From Felis catus (Eukaryota), in assembly GCF_018350175.1 (NCBI RefSeq), contig NC_058368.1, forward strand, positions 168,704,001-168,768,000: 64,000 bases of DNA, read 5' to 3'. This document shows positions 38,671 to 51,906 of this stretch, piece after piece; positions within the stretch are counted from its first letter, which is position 1; every line of letters begins with the position of its first letter. The translations under genes and the position numbers were made by a program. A model generated the notes under the pieces. The model was not told the origin of the DNA. It did not search any database and saw nothing but the letters and a program-made list of their open reading frames with translations.

Positions 38671-39866
38671 ACTTTGCTCATTAGTTCTTTTCCCAAATTT
38701 CACTCAATTCTCCACCTGAGTTCTCTTTTTGTCAGTTTCACCTGAAACTCATTGCAGTATAATGAGGAGATTTTAGCTCTCCTAATAGCATTCCCTGAGG
38801 TTGTACCCTCTTCAATTTGATTGAAATTGAGTTTTCAAAATATTGATCAACATTGTATGTATAAACAGATCTCTCTTAGTGGGCATTTCTTCTGCCTATG
38901 ATTACTTATTCAATTAGTATCGATCCATATAAATTCCAATTTAAGAAAGTAACATTTTCTGATCTTATTGTCCAGTTTTGAAGTTTTCCCTTATTGACAG
39001 TCTGTTGTCACTTACATATTAATTACCTATTTTCAATGGTACATGAAAATAGCACAGTTCTTTAAGAACTGTGGCACAGTTCTTTAAGATATTAGTATAC
39101 TATATATAACAGTGTTTCTAGAGGTGTTTGTTCCCCACCACCACTCCCTGTTTTCTTGTGGCTTTAATGTGGGTGAATTAGTTTGAAATTCCCTTTGGGG
39201 CAGATTTCAAGGTATAAAAGGTCACAGAAAGGCAACGTGTGGCCTATGTAGTTCTGTAAAGAATTGGGGAAGTATATTATCTTTATAGTGATGTATTGGA
39301 AAGATCTGGGGACTTATGCTCATTTCCTCAGTGACAGCTCAGTCCTCAGTCCTCATCAGAACAGCTTTCTTCAACTCTTAAAACACACCCCTCACAAAAT
39401 AAACACAGCTTCTTCCCAGGTTGTCACTTTGATTTGGTTTATTTTACCTGAGGCACAGATCTGACTTCAGCTATATTCCATTTGAGATTTGAAGTAAACT
39501 GAGATTCTGCTTTAGTCATATTAATTCATTTTAGGCCCTACACTTCTCAACCTAAGTGTCTGTACTCTGTGAGGTAGATGGCTTAGTTGTAAAGTAAAAT
39601 GAACACCGTACATTATAATATATTTCAAAGCATCTTGAATTTGTTTTTTGCTTCCAAATATTTTCTTCCATTTTGCTAATGCTAACATTTAGTAACTATC
39701 GTGATGATGCGAAAGCTGTTTGGTTTTATCATTCTAATGATTCTGAAGGACTGTTATAAAGGTGAAAATGAAAGGAAGCAGAAGCGTAATACATGTATAG
39801 TTTCCTTGAAAGGCTCTGTTTCTTAAAGAAGTTGAACTAATTTATATTTAATGTGTTCTTTTTCAG

Positions 39867-40056
39867 TATTGTGCTTCTGCTAAGCCAGAAACAGTCACTT
39901 GAAGAGCTGAAACAGTCAGTCCAGCAGTTGAGATGCACTGAGGCAAAGTTTACAGCACAGAAAGAATTACTAGAACAAAAAGTACAAGAAAACGATGGGA
40001 AAGAGCCACCTCCAGTAGTAAATTATGAAGAAGATGCACGATCAGTTACATCTATG
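39867..40056 (+). CDS. FER: FER internal coding exon (about exon 10, 190 bp)
   Basis: Acceptor ttctttttcag and donor ATG|gtaagc. Translates [63 protein letters not shown], including the NYEED tyrosine (Y402 in human numbering). Overlaps ORF 39853..40080. Confidence 0.97.
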
Positions 40057-40671
40057 GTAAGCCAAAGAGTAATCAAATGAGAAACTTGAAAGAGAAGTAT
40101 CTAGGTAATAAATGAATATAAAAATTAATTCTTTTGCTATGACAAATTGTTTTTCTTGTTAATATGCAGGCCCTGTTAAACTTGTTTATAAATGCAAAAT
40201 AGATTTGTCAGTCATGTCAGGTCACCTGGAGAACATTTTTGGGAACCACCTGTAGAGTCAGAGGAAAAGCTCTTCTCTGGCCTTTAAAACTGAATACAAA
40301 GACTGCAAATGTTTTTATTCCTGGAAGACAGAAGGTAGGGTGTTATTACTAAGATAGAAGTAAGAAATAAGGAGAAAGCTATTTATTATTTTTTTCTTCT
40401 TAAGAACAGTAAAATCTTATTTGTCTGAGATTGATGATATATTTATTATTTTCACAACACATTTGATTTTGTTTAAAAGTAGAGTTTTTTTACTTATATT
40501 CTTAAACTACAGTAAACACATTCAAACCCACCAACTAGAAATTCAACTACATTTTATATTTTCATGACCTATTTAAGAATGCCTAGTGTAAATACTTTCC
40601 CTCCCCTTCTCTCCCTTCCTCCCTCCCTCCCTCTCTTCTTTCCTTTTTTCCTTCTTCCTTTCCATCTTAGG

Positions 40672-40888
40672 TTGGTGGTTCTCACCAAGAGGACAGTTTT
40701 GCCCTCCAGGGGACATCTGGCAATGTCTCCAGATATTTTTGGTTGTTACAGTTAGTGGTATCTGATGGGTAGAGGCCACTGATGCCTCTAAACATCCTAT
40801 AATGCACACGACAACCTTTGCCTTCATATTCCCAACAAAAAAGTATCCAACTCAAAATATCAATAGTGCCCAGGCTAAAAAAGCCTGA
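40672..40888 (+). mobile_element. MER20-like element
   Basis: Motifs gtggttctcacc..ttttgccc.ccaggggacatctggcaatgtct..gggtagaggcca..gatgc..aaacatcctataatgcaca..caatagtgcc. Confidence 0.88.
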
Positions 40889-41271
40889 GGTATGTCCTTG
40901 GCCTTTTCTGTGAGTAGCTGTATGTGGTCCATAAATAGAACTATCATAGTTGATGATGTTATAGCTGATATTTTAGTCATTTTTAGTTTACGTGGTTCTG
41001 AATAGTATAACTTGATTATTAAACATATTCAGATGTCTCTATTGAAAGAAAAGGCAGTATTTGAAAATGTGATAAATGAATATGAAATATTTAAATTATT
41101 ATGGTTGTTCCCATTTTTGTTATTAATTGAGCCGTGTTAATCTGTAAGTTACATGACTCAAATTAATGGCAGTGTTAACCAATACACTTATGCTTCAGTA
41201 GTGAATGGTTTTGTGGAGGAGTGCCTTAAAGAACTGTACCACTAAGATGGGCCACAGATTATGTATTCATT

Positions 41272-41490
41272 TAAAAAAAATTTTTTTAATGTTTATTTAT
41301 TTTTGACAGAGAGACAGAGCATGAGCGAAGTGGGGGAGGGTGAAGAGAGAGAGGGAGACACAGAATCTGAAACAGGCTCCAGGCTCCGAGCTGTCAGCAC
41401 AGAGCCCGGCGTGGGGCTTGAACTCATGGACAGTGAGATCATGACCTGAGCCGAAGTCAGATGCTCAACCGACTGAGCCATCCAGGCGCC
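41272..41490 (-). mobile_element. Can-SINE
   Basis: Reverse SINE. TSD gatt(a/g)tgtattc. Confidence 0.93.
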
Positions 41491-41799
41491 TTGATTGTGT
41501 ATTCTTATACATGTGATTAAAATGTATAATCAGAGTTAGGATTGTATAGTCAGGTTCTTAGAGGTGTTGATGTTTATTTTGGCTCTATAATTCAATTACA
41601 GTGAAAGCCCATCTATTTATTTACAGAAATCTAAAAAAAAATTGTGGAGGCAGAAAACATAATCATCTCTGTCAGGAGAAGCCATCTTAATGTCTTTTTT
41701 TTAAAACTAGGTCTAATTTTGGCCAAAATTCCAAGGAGAGAATGATAAATATTAAGTACTGTGCAAAAATTCTCTATTGTCTGGGCATAAGTATGTTTC

Positions 41800-43460
41800 A
41801 TTTATTCATTTGAGCAATATTTATTGAGTCAAGTACATTTCTAGATGGCTTAAGATACATCAGTGAATAAAACTAATTAAAAAAACCTCTCTTAGAGGTC
41901 ACATTCTATAGTGAGTGGCAGTTAATAAATGAGTAATAAATTATATACTATTTTGGAAGATTCTAAATGCCAAGAAATAGAAACAGAGCAGGGTAGAGGG
42001 TTGGGGGTCTAGAAGTTGGGACACAATTTTAAATCCAAGTCAGAATAACCGTCACTGGGTAGTTGACATTTGAACAGAGACTGGAGACAGGGAGCTACTA
42101 CACCCCTTCATTTCTGGGGAAAGAGCATTTCAGTCAGAGGGTGCACCTGTTGCAAAGGCTATAATGCAGGAGCCTGTTGGACTATTCAAGGTATGATTAA
42201 GGAAGTCTGAGTGGAGGGGAAGGTGAGAGTATGGGGAATGAGATTAGAGAAGTATTAGGGAATAGACCTTGGGGCTTTGTGGACCATAATTAAGGCTTAT
42301 GACTTTTCTCTGAGTGAAATGGGAAGCCACTAGGGTGGAGAGTAATAACAGAGGAATGACATGCTCTGACTTTTTATTTAGATGGATTGCTGCAGCAACT
42401 ATGTTGAGAATTTACTTAAGGGAATAAGGAGGGAAGAATGAGATTATTGCAGTAACCCACATTATAGAAGATCATGGTTTGGGCAAGGATGGTAGCATGG
42501 GAAGTAGCAAGAAGTGTTTAGCTTCTGGATATATTTTGAAGGTTGAGCCCAGGAGATTTCCTATGGATTAAATGTGAGTTATGAGAGACAATAGTCAAGG
42601 ACGATTTTAAGGTTTTTAGCAGGAGAACTACAGGAATACAATTTGTTTCGAGTGAATGGAAAGATATACCTAAGTAGCTATGATGAGGCAGAGCAAGATT
42701 TCAGTTTGTCTTTCTAAACAAACAAGTCATTGTCAAAATTTGGTATTTGGGCCTTGTGTTCAGGAGTGCGATTTGGATTGGAGATATAAATTTGAGAGTC
42801 TAGGTATCACATGGTATTTAAAATCATTTGACTAGGGATGCTCAGTGACTGGGTGGCTCAGTCGGTTAAGCATCCGACTTTGGCTCAGGTCATGATCTCA
42901 CAGCTGGTGAGTTTGAGCCCTGCATGGGGCTCTGTGCTGAGAGCTCAGAGCCTGGAGTCTGCTTCAGATTCTGTGACTCCTTTACTATCTTATATGATAA
43001 TAAGTATTATCCTATATGTACCAGGACCCTTTCTTGATTCTTAATAACTATGTGTATATGCATTCTTTCAGAGGAACTTCTGAAGTTTTTTCTTTTACTT
43101 GGGTTTTGAAAATCTTAGCTAGTAAATCTTTTGTTCTCTGAGTAGTTTATAATATTTCCTTGTCTCCATGTGGGTGATTCTGTGTCTCCCTCTCTCTCTC
43201 TGCCCCTCCCCTGCTCACGCTCTGCCTCTCTCTCTCTCTCTCAAAAACAAATAAACATTAAAAAAATAATAAAATCATTTGACTATAGGCAGTCACCAAG
43301 TGAGAGAGAACAGAGAAGAAAAGAGAATCAAGGACTGAACTCTGGGGCACTTCAAGTTAGGTGGTCTAGAAAAGGAAGACCTGGTGGGAGACTAAGGAGT
43401 GACCAGTGAGGTAGTAGAAAATCAAGGCAATTTGGTGTCCTTCAAGTATTCCAAGGAGAA
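41800..43460 (-). mobile_element. L2 fragment hosting the interrupted SINE
   Basis: L2 3' end tcatttattcatttgagcaatatttattgag. Body motifs ctgagtgaaatgggaagcca, ctggatatattttgaaggt and ggagatataaatttgagagtc. Confidence 0.75.
42835..43270 (+). mobile_element. Single Can-SINE interrupted by an about 200-bp non-SINE insertion
   Basis: One TSD (aaaatcatttgacta) surrounds both halves. The body breaks after gattctgtg (42967-42975) and resumes at gattctgtg (43176-43184). Confidence 0.9.
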
Positions 43461-43778
43461 ATGAGTTCCAGAATTTGGGACATGCTGGATTAAGGCAAAA
43501 GAAACCTTTGTACTAACTGCAGGTTTTTTGGAACTTTTAATATCCATTGCCTATGAAGGGAAGTATAGCATGGGATGTAGTGTCTCTGAAAATATTGACC
43601 TAATTCCTTTTCAGAGAGTATCCTAAAGGGACCATAGTGCAATGGAATATACTTTGGGAAATACTGAATTAGAAGAGAAATCCTTTCTTTTCTGATTGGG
43701 TTGTTGACAGATTAAACGTGCTGCTGATAATTCTAAAGGCATTTTAAGTTGTCTAAATGTTCTCTAAACCCAAGGATT

Positions 43779-43830
43779 ATTTTATTTTATTTTATTTTAT
43801 TTTATTTTATTTTATTTTATTTTATTTTAT
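43779..43830. repeat. (ATTTT)n pentanucleotide microsatellite
   Basis: About 10 perfect units. Confidence 0.95.
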
Positions 43831-45493
43831 CCTTCAATTCCAGCTGTGCAGGACAGAGGAATTTGCCTTTTGGAAAATATTAGGAAGGTGAACTCTTTGT
43901 TGACTGTCCTTGGATACTGATGGAAATACCAGAATTTTCTAATCCCTGAGTATCATTAGCTGACTTTACTATTTTTAAAATTAATTAATTAATCGATTAA
44001 TTAATTTAAAAGTATCACCTTTCTTCATGTTTGCTTTTATTTGTCTAGATGTAAGAACGTAAGCTTTCAATCAGTATCTGTTGAGTTTAGGAAATCGATT
44101 TTATTTTCACTCCAGAGTAATCTAGTTATTTTACTTTATAATAGCATGTGCTATGCACCAAATATAATAATTTTTGTTGAATCTTTCTTATATGTCGGAT
44201 ATATCTAGAATTGATGGTACTATATAATGAGTTCTTACTTTTTAAATATGGTTAGCTATTCTGAAAGATAATTGCCTTTACTTTGATGTTTCTGAAATTG
44301 CACATTTTTAAGCTCTTTTGCTAGACTAATATGCAATATATATTTATCTTCTCTGCAAATCTTATTGAGTAAGTTCTGCTTAGTTGAACAGCACTATCAA
44401 TAAAATCCTGTTTTGTTATATTTACAACCAACAAAATATATGCTTTGTTGACTAAATATTGTATGTCATTATGACTCAGTAGTAGTCCATTTCACAGTAC
44501 TGTCTGATATTTTCAATTTTATAGTTAAACACTGAAATGGACTGAATATCAGTTGAGGTTGACAGCATCATTGAAGCTTTTTCTGTTTTCATTATCAGGT
44601 ACACTTTCTTTCTTTAAATGCAAATTCAAAGACTTGCTCATCAAATACATTGAGAAAAGTATGAGACAAAAAATCAGGAGACCCGAATTGAGCTTTGCCT
44701 CTGCTTTGTAGCCACAGTCAGTTTCCTTAACATTTCTGAGTTTTCCTTTCTGTAAAATGAGGAAATGAATATATATCCACCTTACCTGATAAGATTTCTG
44801 ACACTGAAATGAGATAATGTATATGAAGTGTTATTAAAACATGGGTTTTATTTCAGTTTTTTCTATAATATACCTTCGTTCACATGTAAATTAGTAGATA
44901 CTGAGTTATAATTTATAGAATTTTCTGTAGGATTATCTTATGTATTTCTTATTTATAAAGGCAAAGCCTTAATTAATTTCTCTGAGTACATACTAGTACA
45001 TGTACATGTACAAATAAAGGGGTCTTTGTGTCTCTTTTTTAGTTTCCCAGTTTTCTACCTCAGAGGTAACCTTCTAGAAGCATTGTATGCAAATGAAAAC
45101 ATAAATGTTCATTATATGCCCCCTGCTCTTACACAGATGGTAGTATATACAACAATATTGTTTTGTACCTTGCTTTTTAACCTAATATATTTTAGGTATC
45201 ATTTTGTAATAGTGCATATGCAGTTGCTTTTTTTTTCATTTGTTCAAACAACAAATATTTATTGTCAGGTGTCCTATATCATTTTAGTTTGGAGGATGTA
45301 GTAGTGTACAAGATAAACACTTTTTTCTATTCTCATGGACTTTCCACTCTAAGTGGGTATAAACAGTTAAATATATATATTAAATAGTAAATATATTAAA
45401 TATTAAACATATAATTAAATATATATGTGAAGTGGTGGTAAGTTCTTTGGAGAAAAATAAAAAAAAGATAGAAGAAAAAGGGTGATGGGATGT

Positions 45494-45769
45494 TTTTTTT
45501 TTTTTTTTTCAATGTTTATTTATTTTTGAGAGAGAGAGCAGGAGAGGGGGAGAGAGAGAGGGAGACAGAGAATCCTAAGCAGGCTCTGTGCTGATAACAG
45601 TGAGCCTGATAGGGGACTCAAACTCACAAATCATGAGATCGTGACCTGAGCCACTTAATCAACTTAAGCCACTTAAGTTGGCCACTTAATCAACCAAGTC
45701 ACCCTGGCACCCCGGGAAGTGTTTTTGTTTTGTTTTGTTTTTAAAATTTTTTAATATTTATTTATTTTT

Positions 45770-45823
<54 letters not shown>

Positions 45824-45978
45824 GAGAGCATGAGTTGGGTAGGGGCAGAGAGAGAGAGAGGGAGACACAGAATCTGAAGCAGGCTCCAGGCTCCAAGCTG
45901 TCAGCACAGAGCCCAATGCGGGGCTCAAAGTCATGGACCATGAAAGCATGACCTGAGCTGAAGTTGGACTCTTAACTG
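45494..45978 (-). mobile_element. Two tandem minus-strand Can-SINEs (45494-45713 and 45722-45978)
   Basis: Two SINE bodies. The second has an expanded (GA)n(GACA)n tract. Confidence 0.9.
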
Positions 45979-46627
45979 ACTGAGCCACCCAGGCACCTTG
46001 GGCAGTGTTTTTATATATAGGGTTGTCAAGGAAGGCTTCATTATTAAAGTGTCACTTATGCAAAGATCTGAAAGAACTAAGGAGCAAATGATGAGACTGC
46101 CTGAGATGAGAATATTCCAGAGCACAGTAAAAGAGAATAAACAGAGATGGGGACAGAGGAGTAGACATATAGTCATGTAGATTATTGTAAAGACTTTGCT
46201 GCTAACTGTTAGAGAAATTAGAAGCCATTGAAGATTCTCAGCAAAGGAATGGCATGTTTACATGGTTTCCAGCCTTTTGTTATAATAAAGACAGCTTTGG
46301 TGAATAACAATGTCAGTTATAGATGTTGATTATTATGTTAATATTGAATTAATATATAAGTTTTGTAGATTAATAAATTTTTGCTTCTAGATTTCCTATG
46401 GCATGAATTTTATCATGCTGAACTTTCAGTGGCTTCGTAGGCCATTAATATTATTAAGTTATCCTAGGATCTGATACCTAAAGTATATTTACAGCTATAT
46501 ATTATGCTTTGTGTTTATTTGGTGTATATATTTCTAATACATAAAACAGAGAAGTTAAGAGATGATTGAGATGATGTTGCAAAAGCCTTGTTAACTTTTC
46601 CAAATGTTTTCCAAAAGTCAAGATTCA

Positions 46628-47064
46628 TTAACATCACTAATCAGGAAAATGCCAGTCAAACCACAATGAGGTATCATCACTTCACACCTGTTAAAATGGC
46701 TATTACCAAAAAGTTGAGAAAGAACAAGTGTTGGTGAGGATGTGGAGAAAAAGAACCCTTGTACACTGTTGGTGGGAATGCAAACTGGTTCAGCCACTGT
46801 GGAAAGCAGTATGGAATTTCCTCAAAAAATTAAATATAGAACTTACCATATGATCCAGCAATTCCATTTCTGGGTATTTATCTGAAGGAAACCAAAATAC
46901 TAACTTGAAAAGCTATCTCACCCCCATGTTCATAGCATCATTATTCATAACAGCCAAGATATGGAAACAACCTGAGTGTCCTATCAGTGGATTAAATATA
47001 AAGAAGAGGTGGATATATACATACAATGGAATGTTGTTCATGATAAAAGAGAATGAAATCTTGC
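46628..47064 (+). mobile_element. L1 ORF2 C-terminal fragment lacking the 3'UTR and poly(A)
   Basis: Motifs aaccacaatgag..tgttggtgaggatgtggagaaa..tgttggtgggaatgcaaactgg..ccatatgatccagcaattcc..aatgaaatcttgc. Confidence 0.88.
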
Positions 47065-48214
47065 TTGATATCTTACTGATATCTTCAGTATCAGGTGGAA
47101 AAAACCCTTAAAATTTCAAAATGCTTTCAATTTATATTTTAACTATTTTCTGTGCTCATATGCATATGCAGTATATATATGGGTCAAATCAAGTAAATAG
47201 TAAAAGAAAAGTAACCTTTTCATTTATATGTATCTATATGTCTATATATGTGTTTATGCATAGCACAAACCAAATGAAAAAACTGCTTTTCATTTATATA
47301 TACATATATTCATATGTGAAAAATATGTGTATATATATATTTCAAACTTACCTTTTAAATTGTGGCTTTCTTAATATTTTAGCATAAACTAATGGCCAGG
47401 GGTTAATTAGCCCTGAAAAGAAAAAAAATAAAAGGAGAAAGTTAGGCAAGAATTAAATATCTACTATGATTAATATAAATCAGAAGGCTTAATCACCCAG
47501 AGTCATTCAGTCATTTGGGATTCATCAATTGTTTTTTGATTATTTAGTACATGAATATTATTTATGGGGTTTTTTGGAAGGGTGGGTCAAAAGTAAAATG
47601 GACTTAGACCTTGCCATTGGCTTTGGTGGGGGAGATGGAACAGAAGTAACTGATTAATAATTAATTAAAAATTGACTGCATTTTTACTTTTATGTATCCA
47701 TGCATTCAAACATTTCAAAAAATTTAGTTGCCTAGCAGTGCCTAGATATACACTTAGTAAATGATTATAGAGGAAATGAACAGGTACAAAATTTCAAAAT
47801 AAAATTTGGCAGGTTATAATTGATGCCACTCAGTTAAAAAAATGGTTTAAATGTTGAAGTTGGTTTCTGTGCAATATTTCTCACTTTATAAATAATAATG
47901 GAAGTGATATTTTACCAGAGTGACAAAGTCTTTAGTGGTTACAGAGTTAAAGATTGCAATGTGTGACTGCAATAGAATCATTATAGAGTGTGCTCCAGCT
48001 GCAGAGCCAGGCTTCTTGGGTTTATATCACTGTTCTACCACTTAATAACTGTGTGATGTTAGGCAAGTTAGGGACTTTTCCTGCCATCTTTCCCCAATGT
48101 GTAACATGAGAATTACAGTTTTACCTACTCTTGGATTCATTGTAAGAAATGGTTAAGTTTACACATTTGAAGCACATAGAATAGTCTCTGCCACTTAGCA
48201 AACTAATGTTGTCC

Positions 48215-48248
48215 TTTATTTATTATTTTTTTTAATGTGCATTATATT

Positions 48249-48298
<50 letters not shown>

Positions 48299-49402
48299 TC
48301 TGAGCAGGGGAGGGGCAGAGGGAGAGGAAGACAAAGAATCTGAAGCAGGCTCCATGCTCTGAGCTGTCAGCTTGAACTCACAAATTTCGAGAATGACCTG
48401 AGCTGAAGTCAGCTGCTCAACCAACTGAGCCACCCAGGCGCCCCTGCTATTATTGTCTTTTAATAGCTGATACTTGACTGTTTGATTATCACAGAAATGA
48501 TAATGATTTAATATGTGTGCCTATTCTTCTGCTAGTCTTTATTTATTCTTTAGTCTTTTAAAAATTTTTTATAAGAGCCAGCCACATTTTATTTTATTTT
48601 ATTTTAATGTTTATTTATTTATTTTGAGAGAGAGAGCACTAGTGAGCGCAAGCTGGGGAGTGGCAGAAAGAGAGAAGAGAGAGAATCCCAAGCAGCCTCT
48701 ATGCTGTCAGCACAGAGCTCAATGCAGGGCTCAATCCCACAAACTGTGATATCATGACCTGAGCCTAAATCAAGAGTTGGATGCTTAACTGACTGAACCA
48801 CCCAGGTGCCCCTGTTCCTTAGTCTTGTCATTAAGCATAAATGTTTCCTTTTAAAAATGTATGCTATTAATTTTTAGATGATAGATAAGCAGTTTGGGAT
48901 CTACTCTGTACTTAAAGTATGTTGTCTTTTGGCCACAATAGATTACAAAACATTTTTTAAAATATTTATTTATTTTTGAGAAAGAATGTGAGGGTGGGAG
49001 GTAGAGAGAGGGGGACAGAGGATCTGAATCAGGCTCCACACCAACAACAGTCAGTTTGTGGGGCACAAACCTACAAACCATGAGATCAAGGCCTGAGCCC
49101 AAGTCGGATGGTCAACTGACTGAGCCACCCAGATGCCCCAATTACAAAATATTTTAAAAATAAAAGATCATGTAATTCACTCGGGATTATGTATTGCTGA
49201 CATCAATAGGCTTGACCACCTAATCTTTTTTTTTTTTTCCCCAGAAAAAGAGAGAGGGAGAGCGGGGTGGGGGGGTGGCAGATGGAGGGGGATAAAATCT
49301 TAAGCATGCTTAGTATGGAGCCGGATTTTATGACCCTGGGATCATGACCTGAGCTGAAATCAAGAGTTGGATGCTTAACTGACTGAACCACCCAGGCGCC
49401 CC
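48215..49402 (-). mobile_element. Four minus-strand Can-SINEs (about 48215-48444, 48587-48812, 48952-49139, 49226-49402)
   Basis: Four reverse SINE bodies, each ending in a caccca(g)..gcccc head. TSDs include attacaaaa(c/t)atttt and ccacctaa. Confidence 0.9.
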
Positions 49403-50697
49403 CACCTAACTTTTTAAAAGAATTTTTTATTGTTATTACCTTAATTACTTGAAGCTCACTTTTTCCTACTACACTGTTAAAGTTTGTGTTTAAAATTTTG
49501 TACAAAGCAACTTTTATAAAAGCATCACTTATAATCACATTTTAATACCAGTTTCCTTTTATAGTTTAATGTGAATGAAAGAAAAAAATCCTTAAATACC
49601 ATTATATTTTATGATTATTCATTCATGAAATAACATTTTTCTTTTAAGTTTATAATTATGGAAAATTCAATTAACGGCTTTTAATACATTGACTTTAAAA
49701 ATAACTCTTCTTGTAAATTTATGCAATATTATTATTTATTATATCAGTTGAAATCTGGTTTACTCATACTTCTTTTGTCCTTTCCTGTCAGTATTATTTA
49801 AATGTTCTCTTTGTAGCAGCAGGGCAGGGTGGAGAAACAGGGAATTTGAGTGAAATCAGTCTATTTGCTGTTAGGTGATTTTTTACCCCACCCCCAATGT
49901 TAGTTTCTTCATCACTAAAATGTGGTTACTAATATGCACCTCATAGGATCCTTATCAGTACTAAATGAATGAATGCAAAGGCAAAGGCATGTTAAAGAGT
50001 TCTAGACATAGTTAGGAAGGTGCTTGGTGTACATTTAGTTTTTCTTCTTTTTTTTCCCCCTTTTTGCCTTTTCTCTATCTTTCTGTCTTTTGTCTCTCCC
50101 ACCTTTGCCCCATTTCTCTTCCTTTCTCTTCTGCCTGTTAAACACAATTAACCAACTTCTATGAACTATGCCATGTACGGAGACATCTGCGGATAATAAA
50201 GTCTGTGCATTCATAGCTCTACATTTAGGAGGCAGAAAATGACAATAAACAACTGATTAACAAGAAGACATCAGACTTAAATGCTGTGATGAAATTGACC
50301 ATTAATGTTCCTTAGGCTTTAGCCCTCAGCCCTTGGTTTTAAATCCTTTCTTTGTAGTCATGTATCTGTGGGCTTTTTTCTCCTTCTGTCATCATTTAAA
50401 CATCAGATGATAACTCCTGAATCTTCATTTCCAAAGATATTGGGAATACTGGAATGCCAGTCAACAGAAAGATGAAAAATGAAAGCAGAGAAATTAAGGG
50501 ACTTATAGAAGTTTACACAAAAAAGGTTAAATGTAATAAAACATTTAAATTTATTAACAACAATTTCATTATTATTCTCAAACTAATTAGGTTTTCTTCC
50601 TATGATTCCCCCCCACACACCTCCCCCAGATTAACTGTTTACCTAACTGGCATTCATTCTTTGTTAGTTAAAAAAAAACAAAAACAAAAAAAAAACA

Positions 50698-50880
50698 GGG
50701 ACACCTGGGTGGCTCAGACGGCTAAGCGTCCCACTCTTGGTTTTGGTTCAGGTCATGATCTCTCACATGTGTCTGCACTGACAGTGCAAAACCTCCTTGG
50801 GATTCCCTCTCCCCCTCTCTCTCTCTGCCCTCCTCCTCAGCTCACACTTTCTCTCTCTCTCAAAAATTAAATAAACATTT
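50698..50880 (+). mobile_element. Older Can-SINE with internal deletion
   Basis: Head, shortened body and CT tract. Confidence 0.85.
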
Positions 50881-51906
50881 TAATGCAAATACATTGTTTG
50901 AAAACACAAGAAAATTTAATTATCTGAAGAAAAAGGCTATTTAGTTACATGACTGATTTGTCATAATAATTATGAATAATAAAATTGCTAAAAATTTCCA
51001 TTTATAAATAAATACAGTTCTTCCCTTTGTCCTATACTATAGTTTTGTTTTTGTTTTTACACCCATTGAAAGTAAATCCATTAAAAAGCAAGTACTTGGC
51101 ATATAAGCCATTGCATCACATGTTCAGGACATTATTTAAAAAATTTTTAAATAATTTAATTTCTGTTATCCTGAAAAAAATTATTACAGACTCTACAATT
51201 TATTTTCTACTTATTTTTAAGCTGAATAACATTTATCTTAAAATTATGTATGAGAATGTTGTTATTTTTTAGCTTGAATTGTGAGCAGAAGTTTGATCTT
51301 GCATGTAGAGAAAGATTTGTATTTATCTCTAAAGTCTTTTGTTGTAAATATTGAAAATTATTTTATGACATTAATTTTTTAACTTTAATTGAAGGATTTT
51401 ATAAAGAAAATATGTGAATATTATTTTTTATTGATTCATTTGGTGCCTAATGAAAGATTTAAATCCTAATAAATTTTTTTTTAATATGGTCTTCTGCAGA
51501 AAATTGTTTATAGTGTTAGTATTTCAAACATTAAGACCCAACTGTTAATTTTTAAAATCATCGGTTTACTTTGCAAATCCCAGGTGAATGATAAGATCTT
51601 AGATTAGGAAAGGTTTTCTCTGTCAGAATATATCTAGAGATCTTTTAGAGTCTAATTCTACCAGATAAGGTTTTAAAGTTGCTTAAAAGTCACTTAATTC
51701 TTGGAAGGAGAAACAATTCCGTAAGAAAGAATGATTTACACTTAAGTATTTTACTATGTGGTAGAGGCTTCATGGAGGCTACAAGAAGAATATAAACAAA
51801 TTTAGATCCTTTGATCTGCCTTCATTTTAAACTTGAATTAATACTGTAATACTGATGATAACATTTGAACAACTAGGAGGTTACATTGTTTAAAACTGCA
51901 TAGTTA

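Noticed and set aside
39853..40080. 75-aa ORF as a standalone gene
   Set aside because: It is FER exon ~10 plus flanking intron sequence.
47636..47650. ATG GAA CAG AAG, resembling my recollection of the human FerT start (MEQK)
   Set aside because: Followed immediately by TAA, so a chance match.
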